A stretch of 64,000 nt of DNA from Polyangiaceae bacterium (GTDB taxonomy: Bacteria > Myxococcota_A > Polyangia > Polyangiales > Polyangiaceae): the NCBI GenBank assembly GCA_965222375.1, contig CBDCTZ010000016.1, forward strand, positions 1,952,001-2,016,000, given 5' to 3'. Positions 28,540 to 36,561 of the stretch are shown piece after piece. Position numbers and translations under genes: made by a program. The notes below the pieces were generated by a model. The model made no database searches, was not told the DNA's origin, and saw only the letters and a program-made list of their open reading frames with translations. The number at the start of each line of letters is the position of its first letter. Position 1 is the stretch's first letter.

Positions 28540-29526
28540 ATGCCGGAGTCGAAGGTCACCCTCACTGGTCTAGACGGCGCGAACCCACTCGGATTTCTCG
28601 CCGCCCTCGGTGTGCTACGCGTCTTGGACCACCGGTCCCGTGGGCACAACCGCGCCCGCCCCGGGCTGTCGTGGGTTGACGAAGGGTCCTGGCGACCCGT
28701 TGTTCACGGCTGTCCCAGCCTGGACGCCATCATCGGTGAGATCCTGGAAGACAAGGCCACCTGGCAGGACGATCCAGCATTTTTGCTTTCGTACGACGGG
28801 AGCGGTGACGCGCTTGTCGATCCGCGCCGTGCCAAGAGCAAGCTCACGCGGGACCTCAAACCCAAACCCAAAGCAATGCGACAGTTTCTCGAAGCGCTCG
28901 CCAGTCGCGCCGGTGCCGAGCGGAGTGCGACGGAGCTTCCGCTGCTCCGCCGTGCCCTCGATACCGCAGCAGCCTATGGCAGCGAGACGGTGCAGGACAA
29001 CAACGGCAACACCAAGCCCACGGCACTCCACTTTACGGCAGGGCAACAACAGTTCCTCAAGGCAGTTGCAGAACTGCAGGCCGGCGTCACCAAGGAGGAC
29101 CTGGAAGAAGCCCTTGCTGGCCCCTGGCGGAGGGAAAGCACGTTGCCCAACATGGGCTGGGACTCGACAAACGCTCGATTCTACGCCCTGCGCGCCACCA
29201 ACCCATCCGGCGACAAGAAGACGACTGTTGCCGGCGCTGACTGGTTGGCGTTCATCGGTCTCGGCGTGTTGCCAGCCTTCCCTCGCGGGGGTCGCCTGGT
29301 CACAACTGGCATCTCGGGTGGCTGGAAAGATAGTGCTATCACCTGGCCAATATGGACTCGACCCGCTTCCCTGCGGATCGCAGGAAGTCTCATCCGCAAC
29401 ACGCCGCCACCTGACGCAGGACCCGCGGCTCGCGCTGCTCGGTCAATCGCCACAGTGCTCTCAGCGGCCATTTCTCGCTCCGACCAAGGCGGATACGGGA
29501 CGTTCGCACCGGCGAGAGTGACATAG
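28540..29526 (+). CDS. csb3: Type I-G large subunit Cas8u2 (Csb3)
   Basis: LTGLDGANPLGFLAALG, FTAGQQQFL, WLAFIGL, TWPIW; position right after cas3. Confidence 0.85.
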   Translation: MPESKVTLTGLDGANPLGFLAALGVLRVLDHRSRGHNRARPGLSWVDEGSWRPVVHGCPSLDAIIGEILEDKATWQDDPAFLLSYDGSGDALVDPRRAKSKLTRDLKPKPKAMRQFLEALASRAGAERSATELPLLRRALDTAAAYGSETVQDNNGNTKPTALHFTAGQQQFLKAVAELQAGVTKEDLEEALAGPWRRESTLPNMGWDSTNARFYALRATNPSGDKKTTVAGADWLAFIGLGVLPAFPRGGRLVTTGISGGWKDSAITWPIWTRPASLRIAGSLIRNTPPPDAGPAARAARSIATVLSAAISRSDQGGYGTFAPARVT

Positions 29527-29555
29527 GACCAAAAGGGCTTTCCGTTGGAGGTTGC

Positions 29556-31286
29556 CTATGGCCTCCCTTCGGGCTGTCCGATTTGGCTCAGAACGGCTGC
29601 CGCATCCGAAGCGTATTTGAGGATTGCTTCCGGTGGGCGCCGACCATGGATGACGTCGTTGCGGGCATTTATCAGCCTCCATATTGCGCTCCTCTTGCCA
29701 GTTAGGCTCAAGTCTTCTGCTATAGGCGCGACAATCACACGCTCTCCAGCAGTCTCCCCGAAGTTCAACCACATGCGTGTAATTGTCTTGGCGATTTTGG
29801 ACGTGTTTGTACGGTCCAACGAGGTCGCGTGGGGATCCTCTTGCTGCAGTTCCGCGAGCGGATCGACCAGGTGGCGCTTGGCCAGCCACCGGAGCGTGGC
29901 TTGGAGCACCCGCTCCAATCCGTGAGCAAGCCTAAGACTGCCGCCAAGTCGAACAGTCGCGCTCGACATTCTTCGCTCTTCCGTCTGAACACGATAGACA
30001 AACTGCGCACAGAGCGTCCTGACATCACCCGTTAACACATCGGTCGGCACGTCACCCAACCCATTGGCCAGCGCACGGGCGGGTTCCGCGCATGAATCGA
30101 ACCGCTGTTCGGGGTCCTGAGAAAGCGCCCTCCGCACGATTGCGTTCTGAGATTCGGTCAAGCGCTCAAACGGATGAAACTCATAGTGCGGCGAAGTCTG
30201 TACGCGCCCCTCGAGCAGGGAACAGAAAACCCGAAACAGACTGTACTGATCCGAGCGACTTCGTGCGTTCCCCTCGTGTTGCTCGGGTGCTGCGTACGCC
30301 ATGTTGAGGGAGTGAAGCGAGGTGGCAAGGCGCGTTGCGTTTCCATCTTCCGTCTGCCTCAGGCGAGCAAGCGAAGAAGCGCCAAAGTCCGTCAGGCGGA
30401 CGAAGTCCTCCTCGTCCATCAGGATATTTCTTGGACTCACGTCGAGGTGGAGTACGAGGTGGTCATGCAGGTAGTCGAGAGCGTCGGCCACACAAACCAA
30501 GACGTGAACTGCCAGTGCCAGGGGAAACGGCCCGGGCGAATACTGATGGATCAATAACTCAAGATCGTTGCCAGCATAGGGCATCACGAGAAATGGGCGG
30601 CCCGTGTCATCATCACGATCGGGGAAGGCGGGACAGATATTCGGATGAACGATACGAAACGCTTGGCGGAGTTCGTTTCTTATCGCACCACCGTCTTCCT
30701 CTTTCGGGATCTTGAGGACCAGCTCCAACCCGGTAAGCCGATCCTGCGCCAACCAGGCCGTACCGAACCCGCCCTCCCTCAACTCGCGCAGTAGCCGGTA
30801 GCGCGCACTCAGCAAGGTGCCAGCCGAGAGGGGCGGGGGCCCACTTGGTTCGAGGAGTTCCGTGTCGTGCTCGTCATCCAGGTCGCCACCGTCGAGCACC
30901 GTGTCACTGGACCCTTGCTCCTGGCCCGGCGCTTCATCAATCTCTGGCCAATTATCCCAGAACAGGTTCCTGAGGAGCGTCCTGCCGTGCGCAGCGTTCA
31001 GACGTCTTGCCACGAGGTGGCGGGTGGTGCCCAGAGCCCTGCGAATCTCGTCATGCAATCGGTGGTCCCGCGCCAGCTTTACGTTCAGGTTCTCCAGTTG
31101 TATTGGCGTCAGCGGCCAGTGTTCCTGAAACAGGTTGCGCACCTGATGCGCACCGTGAGCAGTATGCAAGCGCTCCGCCACCTGTTGCTGACTCAGGCCA
31201 ACTACTTCCGCAACTGCTGCAACAAGCTCCGCATCGTCGCGCGCTTCCCCTGCCGTCAGCTTCCCGGTTGGTTTAGCAGCCCCCAT
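29556..31286 (-). CDS. Ser/Thr kinase with N-terminal duplicated helical motif and C-terminal HEPN-like domain
   Basis: EGGFGTAW, VLKIP, HLDVSPRNIL, LTDFG, YAAPE, SDQYSL; C-terminal ARNDVIHG (RxxxxH). The kinase call is firm; HEPN is inferred. Confidence 0.85.
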   Translation of the reverse strand: MGAAKPTGKLTAGEARDDAELVAAVAEVVGLSQQQVAERLHTAHGAHQVRNLFQEHWPLTPIQLENLNVKLARDHRLHDEIRRALGTTRHLVARRLNAAHGRTLLRNLFWDNWPEIDEAPGQEQGSSDTVLDGGDLDDEHDTELLEPSGPPPLSAGTLLSARYRLLRELREGGFGTAWLAQDRLTGLELVLKIPKEEDGGAIRNELRQAFRIVHPNICPAFPDRDDDTGRPFLVMPYAGNDLELLIHQYSPGPFPLALAVHVLVCVADALDYLHDHLVLHLDVSPRNILMDEEDFVRLTDFGASSLARLRQTEDGNATRLATSLHSLNMAYAAPEQHEGNARSRSDQYSLFRVFCSLLEGRVQTSPHYEFHPFERLTESQNAIVRRALSQDPEQRFDSCAEPARALANGLGDVPTDVLTGDVRTLCAQFVYRVQTEERRMSSATVRLGGSLRLAHGLERVLQATLRWLAKRHLVDPLAELQQEDPHATSLDRTNTSKIAKTITRMWLNFGETAGERVIVAPIAEDLSLTGKRSAIWRLINARNDVIHGRRPPEAILKYASDAAAVLSQIGQPEGRP

Positions 31287-31409
31287 TGACTCCACTAGAG
31301 AGTACCAGAAAGTGCGGCGGGCGGAGGGGAATCAGCTGCGCGAACCGGCACTCCAACAACGTGCGTTCTGTGCCGCCGAACGACGCACTCTTGAACCCGG
31401 CCGATGGCC

Positions 31410-31490
31410 CGCCGCGCCATGCAGAAATCGAACTCCATGGCGTGGAAGGGGACGGGCGGCTGCTTGTGTGGACCACCGCGGAAGCCGCAA
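31410..31490 (-). pseudogene. Degenerate remnant of a Uma2-family gene 3' end
   Basis: Frameshifted AVVHT.../PFHAMEFDFCM resembles AAVHTG...EPFDAIELDLGM at the end of 33270-33845. Confidence 0.45.
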
Positions 31491-31633
31491 CACACTAAGC
31501 CGCTTGAACGCACTGATCGACGGTCGTGGGCGTGCCTCATGCGGTTGCGGGTCTACATTGTCATCACGCATCCCAACCCGCGGCTATTCGGTGAATACCG
31601 CTGGAAGGGGTCGATTCGACGCCATTTGCGATC

Positions 31634-31651
31634 TGTACCGAAATGAGTACA
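31634..31651. promoter_or_regulatory. Inverted repeat TGTAC-N8-GTACA, probable TA operator
   Basis: tgtaccgaaatgagtaca immediately before the toxin GTG. Confidence 0.55.
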
Positions 31652-31659
31652 CTGTCCAT

Positions 31660-32076
31660 GTGGCGGCGAAGCGACTCCGCAGTCAAAAGGCAGTGGGAAA
31701 GAGAGATCGAGACGAGGAAGCACGCACACCGAGGAAGCCGCAGCTGGAATGCCGATTCTTCGTCACGGCTGCGGGCAACGAGCCCGTCCGCGAGTGGCTC
31801 AAGGAGCTCGATGTCGAGGTGCGCCGAGAGGTCGGCTCCGACATCCAACTCGCGCAGTGGAGGTGGCCGGTCGGCAAGCCGCTCGTCGATGGTTTCGGCG
31901 AAGGTTTGTTCGAAGTCAGAACGAGCTTCGACGACGACATCTACCGCGTTCTGTTCTGCCTCGATGGCTCTGCCATGGTCCTGCTTCACGGGTTCAAAAA
32001 GAAGCCGCAGAAGACGCCAAGACGTGACCTCGAACTTGCCCGAAGACGACAGAGGAAAGTGAAAGGAAACCCATGA
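31660..32076 (+). CDS. RelE/ParE-superfamily toxin (Gp49/DUF891-like, HigB-type order)
   Basis: GNEPVREWL...WPVGKPLV...GLFEVRT...YRVLF...MVLLHGFKKKPQKTP. Confidence 0.9.
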   Translation: MAAKRLRSQKAVGKRDRDEEARTPRKPQLECRFFVTAAGNEPVREWLKELDVEVRREVGSDIQLAQWRWPVGKPLVDGFGEGLFEVRTSFDDDIYRVLFCLDGSAMVLLHGFKKKPQKTPRRDLELARRRQRKVKGNP

Positions 32077-32354
32077 AAAAGAACAAGCACATCGGCTCGA
32101 CACTGGACTCGCTGTTTGACGAGTTGGGGGAGACCGACGACGTGGGTCTGCTGACTCAGAAGAAGCTGCTCGCTGACAAGATCGAGCGCGTGATGAAACG
32201 TCGCGCGATGAGCAAATCGGCCCTGGCTCGTGCCATGAACACCAGCCGAACGGTGGTTCACCGCTTGCTCGATCCAAGCGACACGGGCGTGACGCTGGCC
32301 ACGATATGGAAGGCGTCTAAGGCGCTCGACGTGAAGCTCGTGGAGCTACGCTAG
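32073..32354 (+). CDS. XRE/HTH antitoxin
   Basis: HIGSTLDSLF...MSKSALARAMNTSRTVVHRLLDP...TLATI; ATGA overlap with the toxin. Confidence 0.9.
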   Translation: MKKNKHIGSTLDSLFDELGETDDVGLLTQKKLLADKIERVMKRRAMSKSALARAMNTSRTVVHRLLDPSDTGVTLATIWKASKALDVKLVELR

Positions 32355-32486
32355 GTGGCGCAGACCACGGCAGGAACGACGGATTTCTCCGCCTCCACGA
32401 CGGAGAGCATTACCGACGTCGAGGTGAGGCGATCTTGAGGACCCAATCCGCCGCCTTTGGGCTTCCCGCGTCGCAAGACCGCTGAA

Positions 32487-33059
32487 CTACTCCTCTGTCT
32501 GGGCCAACCACAGATCGCCCAGGTGCAATTCGATGGCGGCGAAGGGGTCGATTCTAGCGACGGCATCCTCGCGGTGTGCCGCATGCACGGTCCACTTGTC
32601 TTTCTCCAGGCGCAGCACCTCGAGGGTGTGCATCAGCGGGTTGACCAGCCAGACCCAGCTCACGTCGGCGCTGGCGTACACGCCCAGCTTGTCTGCGCGA
32701 TCGAATGCTTCGGTCGAGGGCGACGGCACTTCGCAGAGCCAGTCTGGCGGAAGTGTGAAGTGGGGCACGTTTGGCACGGTGGGCATGCGTTCCCGCCGCC
32801 AACCAGCGAGGTCCGGAACGACCACGTCCTCGCCGAAGTGCAGTTCCGGTTCGTACAGGATCCACCAACCACCGGGGCCATTGCGCCCTCGCTGGAAGGG
32901 AGAACCGATGTCCATACCCAGTACGCTGGTCGCGTGGGCGTGGGGCGCGGCGGGGCGCGGCGACGTGACCAAGGTTCCAGCGACCAACTCCGCGACCCGA
33001 TGCGGTGGCGCCGCCAGGACATCCGCGTAGGTTGCTCTCTTCTTGGCGGGGTCGTTCAC
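32487..33059 (-). CDS. Uma2 family (DUF820) endonuclease
   Basis: ATYADVLAAP..VAELVAG...PRP, EPEL, VPDLAGWRRER, PDWLCEV.SPST, WLVNP. Confidence 0.93.
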   Translation of the reverse strand: MNDPAKKRATYADVLAAPPHRVAELVAGTLVTSPRPAAPHAHATSVLGMDIGSPFQRGRNGPGGWWILYEPELHFGEDVVVPDLAGWRRERMPTVPNVPHFTLPPDWLCEVPSPSTEAFDRADKLGVYASADVSWVWLVNPLMHTLEVLRLEKDKWTVHAAHREDAVARIDPFAAIELHLGDLWLAQTEE

Positions 33060-33269
33060 ACTGCTGAGTCTAGCATCGGGCGGGCATGTGCCGCGACATG
33101 CTCCCCGTGGTCGCGTGCTTCCGCCCCCGCCAGCCTCCCGGTGGCACGTCAAACCTCATTGTGCCGCACGCAGCTGAAGTGGAGCGATCAGCGCTTGGCG
33201 GACACCCGCTATCACGGTCTTGCTTCCCGCGGCGCCCGAGTCCGTCCTGCTTGGTGGCGCTCGCTGGGC

Positions 33270-33845
33270 TCAACCGCTTCCCCGCCACACCATTCCGAGA
33301 TCGAGTTCGATAGCGTCGAAGGGCTCGGCGCGAACGGGCGTGTCGCCGGTGTGGACGGCGGCGACGACCCAGAGGTCGGACTGGAGGCGAAGTACTTCGA
33401 GGGTTTTGGCGAGAGGGTCTAGGAGCCAGAGGTGGGCGACGCCGGCGCCAGCGTACTCGGGTTGCTTTTCACCGCGGTCGACGGCAGCAGTCGAGGGCGA
33501 GAGGATTTCGCAGACCCAATCTGGGACAGCGGTGTAGGGGCCTGACTCGGGCTCGGCGTAGCGTTCCCGGCGCCACCCAGCCAGATCGGGAACGCGAACG
33601 TCGTCGCCAAATCGTACGCGCGGCTCCGCAAGGATCATCCAGCCGCCCGGAGAGCCACCGCCGATTCCGAAGCCGAACGGACCGCCCACGAGCACGCTGA
33701 GCGCGGAGGCAGCCCGAACGTGTGGCGGGTTCGGCCGAGGGGTGGCGCGGATTTCGCCCGCGACGATTTCGCCAATCACGTCCTCGGGCAGCTCGTCGAG
33801 CTGGTCCCAGAGTTGCGTGAACGTGCCCAAGGCGTGCTGCGTCAT
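33270..33845 (-). CDS. Uma2 family (DUF820) endonuclease
   Basis: GEIVAGEI..PRP, VPDLAGWRRER, PDWVCEILSPST, WLLDP. Confidence 0.93.
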   Translation of the reverse strand: MTQHALGTFTQLWDQLDELPEDVIGEIVAGEIRATPRPNPPHVRAASALSVLVGGPFGFGIGGGSPGGWMILAEPRVRFGDDVRVPDLAGWRRERYAEPESGPYTAVPDWVCEILSPSTAAVDRGEKQPEYAGAGVAHLWLLDPLAKTLEVLRLQSDLWVVAAVHTGDTPVRAEPFDAIELDLGMVWRGSG

Positions 33846-33869
33846 CGGCAAGCACACACTCTAGCCTCT

Positions 33870-33975
33870 CGCGCCGCCCAACGCGAGGGCATGGGCTGTC
33901 GCTACAAACGGTCCTGCGCCGGTGAGAACGCAGTCATGGTCCACGCTGCCCAGCGCGAGGACATGGGCTGGCGCC
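33870..33975. repeat. Two imperfect 34-bp direct repeats with 72-bp period
   Basis: cgcgccgcccaacgcgagggcatgggctgtcgct (33870) vs cacgctgcccagcgcgaggacatgggctggcgcc (33942); 28/34 identical by manual alignment. Confidence 0.6.
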
Positions 33976-34080
33976 GCCGCGACGAACCCCGAAGAACTTC
34001 CGATGATGGGCTGCGCGCCACATCCCCCAAAAGAACCAGGCAACGTCGGGATAGCGCGGGGGTGGTGGCTGGGGCTACGG

Positions 34081-34117
34081 CGCTGTGACCTCCGATGTCA
34101 CAGCGGAGCCGTAGGCT
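34081..34117 (+). promoter_or_regulatory. Palindromic operator plus -10-like element upstream of cas4-cas1
   Basis: CGCTGTGAC-N7-GTCACAGCG perfect 9-bp arms; TGTCAC-N10-TAGGCT; ATG 9 nt after the -10. Confidence 0.65.
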
Positions 34118-34126
34118 TGCAGCGAG

Positions 34127-36010
34127 ATGGCGAAAGACCGAAGTGATGCTGGGCCCCTCGCCGTCGAGACGATGGGCGCAGCTATGCCGGGCGCCACCGC
34201 GAAGCGCCTGGCGCGCGTGCTTCCTGCGGTGGCGAAACAGGAGCAGCTCGTTCCAGCGCGGATGGTGAACGAAGTGCTGTATTGCGAGCGGTTGATGTAC
34301 CTCGAATGGGTGCAGGGTGAGTTCGCGGACAACTATTTCACCGTTGACGGTCGCGCAGTCCATCGGCGCGCAGATGCGCGAGCGAAGCCCTTGGGACGAA
34401 GGCGCCACGGGTCGCGAACGGAAGATGGCGACGCCAGCGCTCACGCGGAGGAGAACGACAGGCCCTACTCTGCAAGGTCGGTCTGGCTGTCGTCGGGGGT
34501 GCTCGGCGTCACGGCGAAGATCGACGTGGTGGACGTGGACGAATCCGGATCACGGGTCGTTCCCATCGAATACAAGCGAGGAAAGCCGCCTGACGTTCCC
34601 GAAGGTGCGTACCTCCCGGAGCGGGCTCAAGTCTGCGCCCAGGCGCTCTTGCTTCGGGAACACGGATATCAGTGCGGCCACGCCGAAATCTACTTCGCAG
34701 CGGCGCGGCAGCGCACGCGGATCGAGCTGTCTGATGAGTTGATTGCCACGACGGTCGGCGCGATCGCGCGGGCCAAGCGGCTCGCCTTGGAGGATGAACT
34801 CCCGCCGCCACTCGTGGACAGTCCAAAGTGTAACGGGTGCTCGCTCGTAGGGATCTGCCTGCCGGACGAACTGTCCGCTCTCGAGCGCGGGGCCAGCGAA
34901 GAGCGCAACGAATCGGAAGCAGTCGAGGGAGATCGTGATCCCTGGGGACTGGCTCCTGACCCCGAGCAGGGCCCGGTTCGCCGATTGCACCCGGCACGCG
35001 ACGATCGCGTTCCGTTGCTGGTCCAAGAGCAGGGCGCGCGGATCTGCCTCGATGGCGAGAGAATCGTGGTCAAGGCGGCGAAGACGGGCGTGAAAGTCGA
35101 AGGCCGCCTGTCGAACACGTCCGAGGTGAATGTGTTCGGCAATGTTCAGGTGACGACGCAGGCACTCCGCGCCGTGCTGCAGCGCGGTATTCCGGTTTCG
35201 TTCTTCACCTACGGCGGCTGGTACATTGGCCGCGCAGCAGGACTCGACTCGAAGAACGTCGAGTTGCGACTTGCTCAGTACTCCGCGGCCACGACCCCAG
35301 GGGTTTGTCTCAGCGTTGCGAAAGGCTTGGTAGTGTCCAAGGTCTTGAACTGCCGCACGCTGCTTCGGCGTAACACAGAAGCACCGAGCAAGGTCGTGCT
35401 GTTCGAACTCCGTCAGCTCGCACGGAAGGCCGAACAGGTTGACTGCCTAGAAAGCCTGCTGGGGATCGAGGGCTCTGCAGCTCGAACCTACTTCGGGAGC
35501 TTTTCGGAGATGCTGAAGCCCAACGACGGTGATGCGTCGGATTTCGACCTTGACGGGCGAAATCGCCGTCCGCCCCGAGACCCCGTCAACGCCATGCTCT
35601 CATTCTGTTACGCGTTGCTCACGAAGGACTTCGCCACGACCCTTGCCAACGTCGGGCTCGATCCGTTGCTGGGCTTCTATCATCAACCGAGGTTCGGTCG
35701 ACCCGCCCTGGCGCTGGACCTGATGGAGGAGTTCCGTCCACTGGTCGCGGACTCCGTCGTGGTCTCCGTGGTCAACAATCGCGTGATCGGCCCAGGGGAT
35801 TTCGTGCGCGCTGCAGGCTCGGTTGCCTTGACACCGCCAGCTCGCAAGCGCCTGATCAGCGCCTACGAGCGGCGGATGGACCAGCTCGTGTCTCATCCCG
35901 TGTTCGGCTACCGCATCAGCTACCGACGAGTCCTCGAGGTACAGGCTCGGCTGATGTCGCGGTTCCTGCTGGGCGAGATCGCGCGCTACCCGGCGTTTCG
36001 CACACGCTGA
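34127..36010 (+). CDS. cas1: Cas4-Cas1 fusion
   Basis: Cas4: YCER, KID, IEYKRG, PKCNGCSLVGIC; Cas1: LLGIEG, RNRRPPRDPVNAMLS, GFYH, LALDLMEEFRP. Confidence 0.97.
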   Translation: MAKDRSDAGPLAVETMGAAMPGATAKRLARVLPAVAKQEQLVPARMVNEVLYCERLMYLEWVQGEFADNYFTVDGRAVHRRADARAKPLGRRRHGSRTEDGDASAHAEENDRPYSARSVWLSSGVLGVTAKIDVVDVDESGSRVVPIEYKRGKPPDVPEGAYLPERAQVCAQALLLREHGYQCGHAEIYFAAARQRTRIELSDELIATTVGAIARAKRLALEDELPPPLVDSPKCNGCSLVGICLPDELSALERGASEERNESEAVEGDRDPWGLAPDPEQGPVRRLHPARDDRVPLLVQEQGARICLDGERIVVKAAKTGVKVEGRLSNTSEVNVFGNVQVTTQALRAVLQRGIPVSFFTYGGWYIGRAAGLDSKNVELRLAQYSAATTPGVCLSVAKGLVVSKVLNCRTLLRRNTEAPSKVVLFELRQLARKAEQVDCLESLLGIEGSAARTYFGSFSEMLKPNDGDASDFDLDGRNRRPPRDPVNAMLSFCYALLTKDFATTLANVGLDPLLGFYHQPRFGRPALALDLMEEFRPLVADSVVVSVVNNRVIGPGDFVRAAGSVALTPPARKRLISAYERRMDQLVSHPVFGYRISYRRVLEVQARLMSRFLLGEIARYPAFRTR

Positions 36011-36022
36011 CGGAACCAACCA

Positions 36023-36313
36023 ATGCGTCAAACGTACATCGTCGCCTATGACATCTGTGATCCGAAACGCCTCAGAAAGGTGTTTCGAACGATGCGTGGC
36101 TGGGGCGATCACTTGCAGCTATCCGTATTCCAGTGCGAACTCAGCAAACGCGAGCTAGTCGAACTGAGAACTGCCCTGGCCGAGCTGATTCACCACGACG
36201 AAGATCAGGTCCTGTTCGTGGACGTAGGCCCCGTGGAAGGTCGCGGCTCGACGTCCATCACCGCGCTTGGCAAACCGCACACGCATCCCGAACGTCACGC
36301 CCTGGTCGTTTGA
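36023..36313 (+). CDS. cas2: CRISPR-associated endonuclease Cas2
   Basis: YIVAYDICDPKRLRKV...LQLSVFQC...EDQVLFVDVG. Confidence 0.97.
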   Translation: MRQTYIVAYDICDPKRLRKVFRTMRGWGDHLQLSVFQCELSKRELVELRTALAELIHHDEDQVLFVDVGPVEGRGSTSITALGKPHTHPERHALVV

Positions 36314-36561
36314 GCTTCAAGGGACGCCCGTGGCAACCTCCGCCATTCCCAAAGCGGCTCGGCCCGAGTTAGAATCGAGCGGTGAGGTGGTGCCCGAACC
36401 ACCCTACCCGCTCGCACCGGGCCAGGTCATTGAAATCGCAACGCTATGACTTGCAGTCGCGTTCCCCCTGACGCACACGGCCGCAAGTCATTACTCAGAG
36501 AATGATCGTACTCGCACCCAGCTCTCCAACTGCACGATCTACAACGGCTCTCTCGAGAGCT
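36314..36561 (+). promoter_or_regulatory. CRISPR leader
   Basis: Non-coding region between cas2 and the first repeat; contains a CGAGCGG...CCGCTCG inverted motif. Confidence 0.75.
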
